The notes beneath the pieces were generated by a model. The model was not told where the DNA came from and did no database searches. It was given only the letters and a program-made list of their open reading frames with translations. A stretch of 64,000 bases of DNA from Paraspadella gotoi. Taxonomy: Eukaryota; Animalia; Chaetognatha. The stretch is from positions 4,683,098 through 4,747,097 of the forward strand of contig CM119269.1 in assembly GCA_051294375.1 (NCBI GenBank), given 5' to 3'. Below, piece after piece: positions 30,949 to 43,790 of the stretch. The translations under genes were made by a program, and so were the position numbers. How positions within the stretch are numbered: the first letter of the stretch is position 1; the number at the start of each line of letters is the position of its first letter.

Positions 30949-32765
30949 CAGAAAGAGAGAGAGAGAGTGTGTGTGATAATGATACGAAAGGCGCCCTTTT
31001 TCTCATCGTCCTTTTTCTCCTCCCTCCCTTTTTTTTTAACTCTCCCTCCCTTTTTTTTTAACTCTCCCTACCTTTTTTTCCCTTCCTTAGTTCCTCCTCC
31101 TTTTTAATCCAGCAATTCCTTTTTTCCTTCCTTCCTTCCTCAAAATTATTCGTTTTTTCTTTATACTAGACGCCTACATCATCTCTAACCTCACCCAAAC
31201 CTTTAATGTAAAATAAGACTAGTTAATTCAAAAAATAATTCTCGTTTACAAAACTGATACGTAATATACGTCTACGTTTATTGTTTTATACGTATATCTA
31301 CTGTTCTTAAAATCGTTTAAATTATATAGGTAAGTAGCTCAAGTGAAAATCGTTCCATTATTCTCGTTTAATCTTTAAACGTAATCTAAACTAAACTAAA
31401 TTAAATTGCCGCCTCAAAGCCTGCTTAAAAAAAAAGAGAAAAAAGAAACAAAAAAGCAAAAAAAAAAAAAGGAAAGCGGTGAAAGCTAATGTTTGACTTT
31501 GTCGAGCTTCACTCGGCGGCGGTGAGAACTTTCGTTGCGTAGGAACCGCGAGATGAGAATTTGGGGGAAAGTTGTGACTTCGCTTGGCTGAGTTTTGTGT
31601 GAAGAGAAAACGAAAAGTGAGTTTTCTGTGTGAGTGCTGGGGAGCTCTGCCTCTCGTCTTTCCCCTTTTTTTTTTACTTTTACCCGCTTCTCCCCCCCCC
31701 CTTTTTTTTTCCTCATTCTTTCCTTCACTTTGCTTATTTCTTACTATCTCTTATCTCTTACTTTCTCACCTTCCGTTTTTTTTTCCATCGGCTTCTCTTT
31801 CCCCCATAATCTGATTAGAGGCCGAGAGAAAATCGTCCGAAGAATGAAAACCGGATTTTTATTAATTTTTTCGTTGGGTTTCGGTTTCGGTGGAATTCCC
31901 GCTTTGTCCCGGGATCGGTTTCGTGGGGGTGGGGAGGCGAAGCGGAGTGGGTGGGATGGGCGAGGTCCCCCTGTGGGTTTTTTGGGTAAGTTATGCTCAG
32001 TTTCATTGGGTAAGAGAAAGTTAAAAAGTTAGCTCTTCCCGGATTACGAAGTATCTGGGCAATCCTTGAGTAAGAGTGGAAAGCCCAATCCGTCGAACTT
32101 TTGAGTTACCACAAACCGTAGGGTTCAGAGATAAAGATTATTACCCAATGAACTCTCACGGTGCTGCTGTCAATCCAATTATATGCAACCACAATCTTGC
32201 CCTCTGTCTTCGTCTCGGGCGATCTTTTTCGCCCTTGTTTTTTTTTTTTTTTTACTTACCTCCTTCTATGGGTATGACACTTCCTCCCTTTCCTTTTCTC
32301 TATCTTCGTTTCATCTCGACGAGATTCTCGCGTCCGTCTCTTTGTTTTGCCTCGCGGGAACGAATCCGGCGCCGTTTCCATTTGTTTATTGTTAACTTCT
32401 CCCGGTTACGTTCGGCGATGTATATTGTATCAAGTGATAATCGTGCATCCACGCCCCCTTCCCTCTGCTCCCCAATTATATATAACGTAATACTGTAAAT
32501 AGCCAAAGAGTTTGATTGTTTATAGATCATAATCGATAACTTTTTAAAGGAAAATATGTCGGTAAATATTTCGGAAAAAGAATACTTGGTCTAATACCAT
32601 CTCGCTTTCATTCCTTTATTTCGTTCAGTGTGTGACGTGGATTTAAAGCCATGGCACCCGGATGTAAAAAGGGCGATTGATGCGTCGGGCAACGCCACCT
32701 CTTCCCCGGATCCCATACATCCTTTCCAACCCTATTCCGACTTTCAGCGACCGGAATGACAAATG

Positions 32766-32801
<36 letters not shown>

Positions 32802-34027
32802 TTCACTTTTTCCCTTTTTCTCACTTTTCCAGATTCTTTTTATCCTCCCTCTCCCACACGTCACCAACAACTTACAATTATCACAGGCACTTGTCACAAT
32901 GAGCACCTTTAGTCTTTGAAAAAATATCACTCATCGCCGTTTTTAAAATTCCCGACCGAGAAGCGACGATCCTTCCTCCCTCCCACCTCACCCGCTCCTC
33001 GCTTTAACAATTATGAGACATATCGCCAAGCTGCTGCCGCTGTCGCCGCTGCCCCGCTGCCGCGCTGCCGCCCTTCTTCCGCGTTATTCTTCACTTCGCC
33101 TCATATTTCCTAGATTTAAATTTTCAATTCCTCACGAAATCGATGCATCGCATTATTTGGAAACCTTATCAGCCACAAAAGCAGCTCTCACTCCTTCCTA
33201 ATGAGTCAATAAAAAAATATAATTGAAGCTGAGCTCTCCCTCTCTCGCATTTTCAAAACTTTGTTCGTGATATAGTCATTATCTCTGCCATGAATAAGAT
33301 ATATGATATGTTGAACAATTCATTGAACATGATATTCTTACGTAAAATTTAAAAAAAAACTATTAGCAACCTATGTAGCGTTTTTACACTGGTTTAATAA
33401 ATAATTAAAATATTTTTATATTTAGAATGATTTAAACGGTTTGAAGATCAAATAGTTCAGGCGAAAACTTAGCAAAGTTATTTTAAAAACTATATACTAG
33501 ATAGGAAAGAAAGAAATTCAAACTTTTACATTTCCGACTATTTTATAACGTTTTTTTTTTATTCTAGAATCTCGAGAGATACTAAGATTTTATTTTTCTA
33601 CGTGACCTTCCACCGTAAAGTTTTTCGTCTTTCTTGTGCCTCCTTTTCGTATACACTTTTCTCGACGTGAACGACTCCCAACGGTTCAGTTTACAATGGC
33701 GCCGATACTTTCCGCCGACTCGGGGCGCTGCGATCTCCCAAAAGCCTGTTAACGTTTGTCGAAGGACGACGAGCCCATCAAAATGTATCGCTCCCCCCCC
33801 CCAATGTAGTACTAAATCTCTGTATCGAACACTCTCGATTCTAGTTTTCTAGAGTTTAGATCAATAAATACATTACAATTACAAAATTCATACGTGTGTT
33901 AACCTGAGCCGTGAACCGAACTGCGCTACTTTCATTTTTACGCTCGACTGCTCGACGTTTTTATCCTGTAAAAATTCCAAGTCTCGAAACCTCCCTCGGG
34001 CCAATTCGTCATTACCTGGGGGGCGTT

Positions 34028-34093
<66 letters not shown>

Positions 34094-34822
34094 ACTCCTG
34101 CGAACCCCATTTCGCCCACTCATTCGGTCCCGCAAGGAATGGACGATCACCCGTTCTCTTTACCCCTTTCAAATCCCCTCTCCATCCCAGCGCACCCCGC
34201 CTCCCCGCTCTCCTCGTGGCTTCCCTCTCAATCCGTCGAGTATAAAGCGCCATGCTTTGACCTTGCCGCCTTTTTTTAGGCGATAGAAAGGCGTTCTTTA
34301 GGCGGGGCTTCAAAGCGCGTCATTAGTTACTGTTGAATCCATTACCCTTTCCTTCGTTGCCCCAGTTAATTAAGCCAGTGGTTTTCCTTTCCAGCGGTTT
34401 TCCGCGTCTCCTTCTTCCCCCCCGCCCTACCCTACTTCCTCCCTCCCCGCCTCCCCTCCTTCCTCCCATCCCCCGCCCCCTCCTTCCTCCCTCCCTCCTC
34501 CTCCTTCCCGCCTCCCTCCTTCCTGCCCTCTCCGCCTCCCTCCTTCCTCCCATCCCCGCCTTCCCCTCCCAGATACACAAACGACGGAAGAAACCGGAAG
34601 TCTAAGGTCATGTGGTCGTTGAGAGAGAATGTAGTTGGCCTCAAGTGCATGAATGCATTTTCAGTCATTCCATAATAACGTTATAAAGTCTCCGGCTCTG
34701 GGTTTGGGTTTAGAGGCGAATGACTTGCCTCCTTCACCAATTGCCTCTGATAAACGGTTCGTGGATTTTAGTCCACTAATATGTAATATGCTATTTTAGA
34801 AATAGCTATTCGATTTTTTCAG

Positions 34823-36445
34823 CCCCACTGAACGAGTTGTGACTCGGAGCGCCGCCAAATCAGCATCGAAAATTTCTCATGTTGCAAAGGGTAAGTAAGA
34901 CTTTCCTCAGATCGAAAACTTATGTTACTGGTATTTATATATTTCAGGAGCGTTAACTAAATGTGTTGAAGAAGACGAAACTGCGAGAAAAACTTCAGAA
35001 TTGTTAACCGTTAAAGATATTATATTTCGTTGCTCTAATCAGGTAAATCATGTTATCAAAGTATTATTTACGTATAGAATTTCGTCTCTATTTTAAGTAT
35101 TTTTATTTTGTAGTTCCCTAAAGAGTACAAATTGCTTGATTCTGAGGTCACCTTCAAAAAGTGTAACGGCAGTTTTCTCTGTGTGTTTTGTAAGGTCTGT
35201 TCTCTAATTGTAAGATTTTTTTTAATTTGCATAGCACTATTTTTTTTTACAATTTTTTAACAGCCCAAAAGAGGACCCAACATAAGTCGTCGTGATACAT
35301 TTTACCGCCATGTAAAAAACGCCCACAAGTGAATAACGAAGTGTTTCTCCCCCCCCCCTAAGTTTTCTGGATCCTAAATTCTAAATCCTCTTTTCAGATT
35401 GGTCGTCCCTGGCAGTACCTACGTGTGCATGTTCTGTCCGCGTCATTTCGTCGTCCGTTCTTGCTTTGCGGCGCACCTTCGTTCTCACCACGCTAACCAC
35501 GTTCGACAAGACGTCGATGATGACGATGACCGCGGTGACGCCGACCCCGTCGAAGTGGATGGTTCCGTCGACGAGACGCCTCAACTTCCGTGTGACTCTG
35601 CGGATTCCGAGGGAGAAGTTGAGGCCGACTTGCAACGCAGCGTCGACGAAGACGTTTCCGACCAGACCTTAGACGGAACTGAGGATTTTGAGTTATATCA
35701 GGTTTTCTTTTTTTATTTTAATATATGTTTTTGTATTTTAAAATCGGATTTTTTGTATATTTATTTATTTTGAATTTAAAGATTTAAGACTGCTTGTCAC
35801 AGGAAAGGCAAAATTATAAAATTAAATTTATTTAGTTTAAATCTTATTTTATATCAAAGGATTCGTTTGATCCGGAGAAAACATTGGACGACGACGATGT
35901 GTCGACGAGCGAATCTTCATTTGTCGCCCCGGTCCAAGAGACGGAGACGAAGAACGCACCTGCGGTAGAATCAGTGAAAACTTCTTGTCCAACTGTCGCC
36001 GGTCCCTTTCACGGCCAGGAATGGAACCCCTCGAACACGGAGAAAAACACCACCGTCAGGATTGTTAATCTCTCAGAGCGTTACAAGTTCGTTGTGGCGT
36101 ATGATAATCCATAGATATTAGATAATTAATAATTAATAAATAATTAATTAACATTTTAGATGCGACTCTTGCGAAAAAGTGTTCGAAACTAAGGGAAAAT
36201 TGACGCGTCACAGAAAACTGGTTCACGGATCGAATCACCAGTTTCCTTGTCCATACTGCGTGAAGGGATTTAGCAACAAAACCGCGCTTGCCATACACGT
36301 TCGCGTTCACACGCGTTCTAAGCCTTACCAGTGCACCATCTGCGGTCATCGCGCTGCTGTGCAGGCCAATTGCCGCCAACACATTCGCAATCGGCATCCG
36401 AATTCGCCGACCGACGGTTCGTCAAGTGACTTACTCGCTAAGTGA
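34823..36445 (+). CDS. BTB-zinc finger protein, 3' piece (coding exons 6-12, about five C2H2 fingers)
   Basis: Phase-consistent GT-AG exons 34823-34890, 34948-35042, 35114-35194, 35264-35328, 35398-35701, 35860-36086, 36160-36445. Fingers: CVFC..HVKNAH, CMFC..HLRSHH, CDSC..HRKLVH, CPYC..HVRVH, CTIC..HIRNRH; HTRSKPY linker. Confidence 0.88.
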
Positions 36446-37162
36446 CTTACTCGCTAAGCTTAGGCCGGAACAGGTTGATAACTGCAACTTCTCTCAAATA
36501 GATAATGGTCAAGTCGACTGTTACAGAATATGAAAATGACAATCATTTTTAAAATTCGTCTCATTGATAAGCGCACGGAAGCATTTAAAAATTATTTTAT
36601 TACTGTATAAAGTTTAAATTTTTTTTTAAAATTTTGTAATCTTTTTTAATAGATTTTTATAGAGCTTTAAAAGTTAGATAACGGTTAATATTACAACTTT
36701 TTACAAATTTTTTGGGTGAAAATTTTAAAAAAACATAAAATTCAGCCAATGATGATGATTTTTTTTAGGTTTTTTATTTGTAACCAATTTATTGTCAAAA
36801 TTTTAAAGAATTATAGTACTAACTTTTATTTAACTTTTTAAGCTTTATAGGAATCGGTTCTTAAAAATTAAAATTTTCAAAAATTTTTTTGTAAATTGTT
36901 ATATATTAATAAATATTTAAAAGCTTCAGTGGCAACAACCCAATTATCTAATTCAAAAAGTTGCATTGAAAATCGATTTAATAATTTTATAAATTTTATA
37001 AAAAGTGATCAATTTTGGCCCGCCTTACTAAGCATCTTCTTGATGACGAAATGTTAAAATTTTGGGAGCTCAAAGTCAAATGATTCGAACAAAGACGACG
37101 ACGACGACGTATATAACGACGAAGAAGTCTTTGTACTTTGCGACCCAGAGTGATCAGTAAGA

Positions 37163-38741
37163 ATGACCCAGTTATATGCGATCATGAATGACCTTGTTTT
37201 GTCTGACCTTTTCAGCCAATGTAAATACGTACATAGTAGTTGTGATTTTACCGAAATTAATTTTTTACAATTACAGAACCAGCGAAGCTGCCCGACGATC
37301 CTTTCCCAGAGCGACTGCGAGAGTTGTTCAGTATCCCCAAGGGATACACATTGACTCTACCTGTCGAATTAGAATTTGGAAACATCTCTACTTACGCTGC
37401 GAAAAAAGAAGCGACGGTGTGATTAATTTAAAGTCGGATTACATTTTAACCTCAGCAGTTTCAATATTCTCTTTCCTTGTCTAGCGATTCCGAAACTCGA
37501 TACTGAAGCCTCGTTCGACGTTATCCCCTAAGCAGATGCCCTCGAGTCAAACTAGCCTGGATTTAAAGGAAGATGAAAACGTGATCAGATCGTTGTCTGA
37601 AGCAGCTCCAGGCTCTGCCACCCTTTCACCTTCGGAAATTATCAAAGTACTTGCTGATCCGTAATCCGTTAATTAAATTGCGTAATCTTTCAAGGCAATT
37701 TCTTTTATGCAATACTAGGAAAAAGAAGTAAATTCTCAAAACGATTCTGCATTAAAGTCCGACGAATTAAATATTAGTGCAAAAAATATTGAGGAGCCGA
37801 CTTCGGACAACCGAAACCATTGCGTAACTTCCGTGGCACCTTCCCCTTCAAATCCGTCCCTGCCAAAGCCAATTCAAACTCCTCAGTTTTTGGCAACTGG
37901 CCCCACCAGATTTCCAGTACGTTGATAGATGAGACCGAGTTGGCGAGATGGTATAATGTGAAGTTTTTGGGGTTGGCCATCTGTCCATAAATATTTCAGT
38001 CACTTTTCTACTAATCCGTAGTTAAAAGGAAGAAAAATCGCTCTTATTTAGGAGTCGCAGTCCTATTTTGCGAATCAGGGCAGTTTCTACGGACCACTAC
38101 GGATGCAACAAATGTTAATGCAGCAGCAAAACATCCGAATGCTGCAGCAACAGCAGTACCGCATGCAGCTATTTCAACGACAGCGACTAATGCAACAGCA
38201 GCAGCAACAATTGGCTTATTGTCATTTTGCCCAAAACGTATATCTCTTAGATTGTTTTTGTCTAGGAATTTTTCGCGTAATGACTAATGTGACTTGTCCA
38301 TTTTATTTCCAGACAACGATGAAAGATTTTGGAGATAAACCGTCCAAAGGACCTCCGCCTCCGATCATAATCAAGCCTCAAGGTTCCACGAGTAATATGG
38401 GAATTCGTCCTTCTTCCAGCGTTTCTGTTGCGACCATGAACAATGTCTTTCCCGGGACCATCGGAGTCGCTCAACCCGCGACGTGCAGTCCCGTTCGATC
38501 CGCAATGTCGATCATGCCGAAGGTCGCTTCCAGCATTGGTGCATCTCCTCTCTGTTCTCAAGGCTTTAGGTTTCGTCCATCGTTTCCGACGCAAGGTCCC
38601 CCGCATCGACCTCAGCTGATGAAGCCTGGAAACGTTGGTACGACGAGAATATTGCATATATTGATTTGCCATTTGACGTTTTTGAATCTTGATTTATTTC
38701 CCTTAGGGCCGACACGAATTCCTTTTCCTTTCAATGGTTGA
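37163..38741 (+). CDS. Uncharacterised spliced gene with a Q-rich tract and P/S-rich C-terminus
   Basis: Exons approx. 37163-37235 (start uncertain), 37277-37415, 37485-37646, 37719-37916, 38052-38237, 38313-38637, 38707-38741 join in frame with GT-AG introns; AATAAA-like ATAAAA near 38821. No family recognised. Confidence 0.6.
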
Positions 38742-39047
38742 AAACTAATTTGTCGCTCTGCAATCAATTTTCAAGCGAATGATTATTTATAATGTCGAAC
38801 TTGTTGTAGTCTTTCTTACAATAAAATACATTTGTAATTTCTTCATTTACTACTTTTTCTAAATTGTTTTGCTTAGAAATTTAGTTAGTTTTAAAACATG
38901 CCGATATAACGCTACTTGAGTAAATATTGTTTAAAGATTTTAATTGGATAGTAATATTTATCATCTACATTCTATATCTTATAATTTTATTGACTTTGCA
39001 TCGTTTGTGGCTTCAAATCTTATGCATTTTTTATTGTCTCTTCGTAG

Positions 39048-40575
39048 GACCGCGTGCTTATCCTTCCCCACCTGCTGTAGTGGCCAGCGGGATTCCTAAT
39101 TTGTTTGGTGTCTGCGTTTATGCATTCATGTGCCATCATTCCATCCCTTCCTTAGTCACGCCAATAAGGAACAAGGTAACGAGAAAGCAAAACATATTTT
39201 TTATCTCGCAGGCTACAGAATACAGTCTACAACTCTACATTATACTAATATTAATTTTTACTTCAATTGATAGGAGAAAGTTAATGGCGTTATAATAGCG
39301 GACTACCTTCTGATTCTTTTCTTTTATTTTCTATTATCCTTCACGGGTGCTTTTGCGTTCTCAAGTAAGAAAAAAAAAATTACGAAAGGTATTATTTTAT
39401 TGCTTAAAATTTTAATTTTTATTAAGAATTGGACGATCTTTATACTTTGAATTTTTCACCACATAATCCGGAGGCCGCCAAAGTTCCAGAAGCATGGATT
39501 TGGATATTGTACTTTGTAGCCTTGTTTCCTGTATTCACGATAAGGTAGATAATGTAAATTTCTGAGGCCTTTGAAATCTCTTGGTTTTTACGTGCGATTT
39601 TAGTTTCGTTTCAATCTCTACATGCTGGTTTTTTAACTTTTTTTTCGTCAGTGCCAACTTTCCGATTATTTCGATTACTCTGCGTGATAATCTCAAAAAT
39701 TTGTTTACCCGCGAGGTATGAGTTTTGCTTAATGTTTATATTTATCGATATTTTATTGCTATTTATAAATAATTTAATCCAAATATTATTAACTTTCTAA
39801 ATTGCATCACCAAATGTTTTTATTTAGAAACATCCTAACCAAAGAAAGAATTCCGGAAAAATGACGGTCAATGTACTACTACTAAATAGCCAAATGAAAT
39901 TTTTATTTCTTTTAAAATGGTTTTACTCATTCTTGACACTCGTTGTCATTGGTGCAATGTTTTTTTTTTGTTTTTTTTATTTCTCAGGGAAAGCAGTACC
40001 CATGGCTTGTGGACCGAGTCATGTTTCCCCTGGTAACTGCCATTCCTCCGATCGCCGTCGTGTATTTCACGAATGACGTGGGATTATTAGTCGGAATTAC
40101 GGGTTCATACGCCGGTGAGTCCGTTTCGGTAGTTTTTCGAGTTTTCACAACGTTGCGGGTTTTACCATTCCAACTATTCTAAATAAAGCTCATCATTCTC
40201 TCAGGTGCTGGAATACAATATGTTATTCCGGCGATGCTGGTTTACACCGCGCGCAAAGATTTGAGCGTGACGTTGGGGTCTTCTGTGAAAAATCCTCACA
40301 AATCTGTGTTTGGTCACCGTTGCTGGGTCTGGCTGGTATGTTCAGTTGTTCATTGTTAAAATTGCTTTGTGAATCTAATTTTTGTAAGAGATCAAATTCC
40401 TTTTTTTTCTTTAGATTATTAGTTGGTGCATATTGTGCCTAATCTTTGTTACTTGGAACCACATAAACAGTGCCATTCAGGTAATCTTTCATAAAACATT
40501 GATTTTGTTTCATAAATTTTCGAAACATATTTTAATGATAACCACTTTTATTCTTATTTTTTGTTACAGAAATGA
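39048..40575 (+). CDS. TMEM104: Transmembrane protein 104 (amino-acid transporter-like), 3' half, exons 8-15
   Basis: Exons 39048-39175, 39274-39364, 39427-39544, 39652-39715, 39988-40114, 40205-40335, 40415-40480, 40570-40575. Motifs NLFGVCVYAFMCHHSIPSLVTP, ALFPVFTISANFPIISITLRDNLK, LVGITGSYAGAGIQYVIP. Confidence 0.92.
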
Positions 40576-42054
40576 ACCAAAAATTGCTCACAATCAATCT
40601 TCATTCGTTTACAGTAATCCATTCCAAAACTGTTGCAACCTGCTTGTTATTTAAAATTATATTTAAAACTTAGCGATTTCTTCAGATTGAGAATCATGAA
40701 TGTTCTTCCAAAGTCAAGTCATTTCTACGTAGATAGCGTTATTAATATTATATAGTTTAATGTTAAAAGTCTTTTCTAGTTGACCTCAACGAAAATATTG
40801 TTTTTTTATCGAAATTAAACAAGTGATGATACAATTGTATATTTTTTGTTTATTTATTCTAACAATTTGTACGTAGGTGCATTCGTGGGTTTTAAACACT
40901 CAGCAAGGTACTAGTAGCTACAAAGTAACTCATTCTATAATATTTAAACATGTGAAACTTAACGGAGTCGTGATTCTCAAAGAACCATCCTAAAAATAAA
41001 TAAGTCGCCGAAATTATGTAGCTTTTAACATAAAAATTTAAAAATTGCATATATTAGTAGGGGTAGCCGCACTCAATGGGGTGAGTCAAAAATTTAGAGT
41101 GAGTACATGCTCAAACGAATATTTAGACATTTTTAAGAATACTTTCAATGGACAAAAAATTTCTAATATGGCTCTATACCCTAGTAATTAATTTTTTAAT
41201 ATTTATTTATAGATAGGAAAGGCCAAAAATTTTTTTTAGAAATTTTAAATTTTAAGACCAGATTCAGATAGCTCATAAAAAGTTGTCTACACAAAGTATA
41301 ATTCTTTTTTAAATATTTTTACGATAAGTGTGTCAAAAATAAGAAAAAACGTAAATAATCATCATCTTTCGATGATTTTATCAGTTTTTTTATATTTTCG
41401 CTTAGAAAACGTAAGAATTTTTAAAAGATGTAATTATATTTCTTGTTTAACTTTTTATGCTCTATCAGAATCCATCAAAAAATTTTAAGATTTAAAAAAA
41501 AAATTTTTGCTCTATATAGTAATATAATATTTTTAATTAGGCTAGTACCCTCAGAAGAAAGCATTTTTGACAAAAAATATTTTAATACCATAATCTATGG
41601 TCATGATAGATTATTTTAACGCTGTATACATTAGCATTTAAATTTCATCGGCTATGGCTAATATTAGGATTAAATTTTGCCTTTTTAATATATTCTTATT
41701 CCGACTGATTTAAAATTACGGGAATAATCTTAATATTAAGTTTCATGTACATCGGAACATGTATTTAGAAAATATTTTTTTTAAAATTGGAAAGTCCACC
41801 CCTGGCCCTGCGATGAAATATTTTTTTCATAAAAGATTTTCTCCGAATCCGGTTGAAAACTTTTAGAATTCCGATCGCTAGCTTCTCTTTTACTTTTAGT
41901 GTAAATAATAATTTCATCAAAATTGGGCAGATCACTTTAACCTGCTCGTTTGTTATCAAAATAATAGAATATAATAATTAATATGAAGAAAAAATTTGTG
42001 ATCTCTTCAGACACGGCTATCCGATCCCTGATCATGAAGTTTTTTCTCAACCAG

Positions 42055-42622
42055 TGAATAAACGAGACTGTGAAAGAGTCTAGATTGAAAGCTTGCAGGG
42101 ACCTGCTATGTCATTATCTTGTAAGAGTGATGGAGGCCTTAAACCACCAAAGCCTGTCCAAAGTCAGGGGCAAGATAGCTTATTTATTAAATGAATGGAT
42201 AATTTTTATATTGGTTGTACCAATTTCATATAGATTATAGTAATCATGTTTATAAAGTTTCGAAAGTAAAAATTCCCTTTCATTTCTTATAGAAAAATCA
42301 AGGTGGAAAAATTGTCCTTGGCTCGTTTGATATAAAAAGTCGGTTAATTACAAAGAAGAAAATTCGAGCTCCTCAGACGTAACGCTCTCGGAATCGTGCG
42401 GTTTTACATCTATTTAATTTACACTGGTGGTCTTTTCATACAATTGAAACATTCTTTGTAACATTATACCACTTCATTGATAGGGAAGCCAGGTACACTG
42501 GGAGTGAATAAACGAGACTGTGTGTGTGTCTTGATTGAAAGCTTGCAGGGAGATGCTATGGTCCATGATAGGTTATTTATTAAATGAATGGATCATTGTT
42601 ATATTGGTTGTACCAATTTCAT
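42055..42622 (+). mobile_element. Two 5'-truncated copies of a short retroposon-like repeat (42055-42230, 42427-42622)
   Basis: Shared 3' end ATAGCTTATTTATTAAATGAATGGATAATTTTTATATTGGTTGTACCAATTTCAT, also at 23102-23157 (+) and 45061-45320 (-, longest copy). Confidence 0.6.
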
Positions 42623-43744
42623 ATTTTTAAGTTAATGATGCATATTTCAGAACCCTCGAAGCTTTATGTATAAGTATAATAACATATTTTTTTATTATAA
42701 TAATTTTATTTTAAACTTAAATTTTTAGATTAAATTTTCCATATGCTGGCGATCTTGCATCTAAAATTAAAACTCGACGTATCCGCGATATAGACCAAAA
42801 TCGAGATGAAAAGTTTTTCAGCCTCAAAAGACCCTATGGGGGGAAAAAAATCCCATAATAGATTTTGATAGATTCTTTTCAATCATCGTCGATTCTCAGC
42901 TTTTTGTTTGGGAGTAAACGGAAAGTGGAGGAAACATAAAGAAAGGATAGAGTGAGGGGGGGAAATGAGATATGGCCTAGAGATTTTCCTTAATTTTTTT
43001 TGCCCCTCCCCCCCACCACCTCAGCTTCGTCGATGACGTCTTCGTGCGAGGATTGTTCCTCCCGCGGGAGAGTTTAGCGGTATTATAAAAAGCTCTTCCA
43101 TAGTCGCGTGCATGTAAATTCCTGAAAACCGTAACTGCTTTTGATCTTCGCCAGTATCATTTTCTACTTGACCGCTTAGTGGCTATTTCACTCGCGCGCT
43201 CCTTACTTTTCCCTTCGCTTAATTCGCCCTACTTCCTCCGCCGTCCGTCCTTCCACCCTTCGATTCTTCCGCCGACGCGGCCGCTTTTTTTTTTTCGCCG
43301 GTTATGAATCGCCCGCGGAGGAGATGGATCGACGAAGAAGTTCCATCTCATACGTTGAATACAATGGCGTCGACTTCGGGGCCGAGGAGGGAGGGAATGG
43401 GATTTAGGTTATGGGGGGGGGCACTCTTTTTTATCTCGCCTTTGTTTGGTGATTTGACAAACGTCTTCCCGAAGAGAGTGATTTAAAGTCGAACGGAAAA
43501 AAATGGAAGACTTTTGAGCTGAATCACAGCTTGATAAATTTACTATTTAGTTATAAATATACTTTAGAGTGGAGCGCTTGAGAACAAAAAATTGTCAATT
43601 AATCAGTCAATAATAATTTTATGCGAGATATAAAAAATATTTTAATATTGTTTTAGGAATAGAAAAGTAAAGAATATATATTTTTAATCAACCTTAACCC
43701 AATTGTTAACCGTTTAAAAAATATAATATAAAAAAAAATTTTGG

Positions 43745-43790
43745 ATATTTTTCGGCTTCAATGTAAACCTCCATAAGCGTAAAAACGAAT
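43745..43790 (-). ncRNA. Degenerate hammerhead ribozyme remnant (same family as 54552-54598)
   Basis: Minus strand reads CGTTTTTACG-CTTATGG-A-GGTTT-ACATTG-AAGCC-GAAAA-ATATC. The core is mutated; stem II and flanks are homologous to the 54552 copy. Confidence 0.5.

Noticed and set aside
34665-34780. Open stretch SFHNNVIKSPALGLGLEANDLPP as a BTB-ZF exon
   Set aside because: Phases do not fit the neighbouring exons, and it overlaps a repeat whose other copy (47816-47894) has flanking stops.
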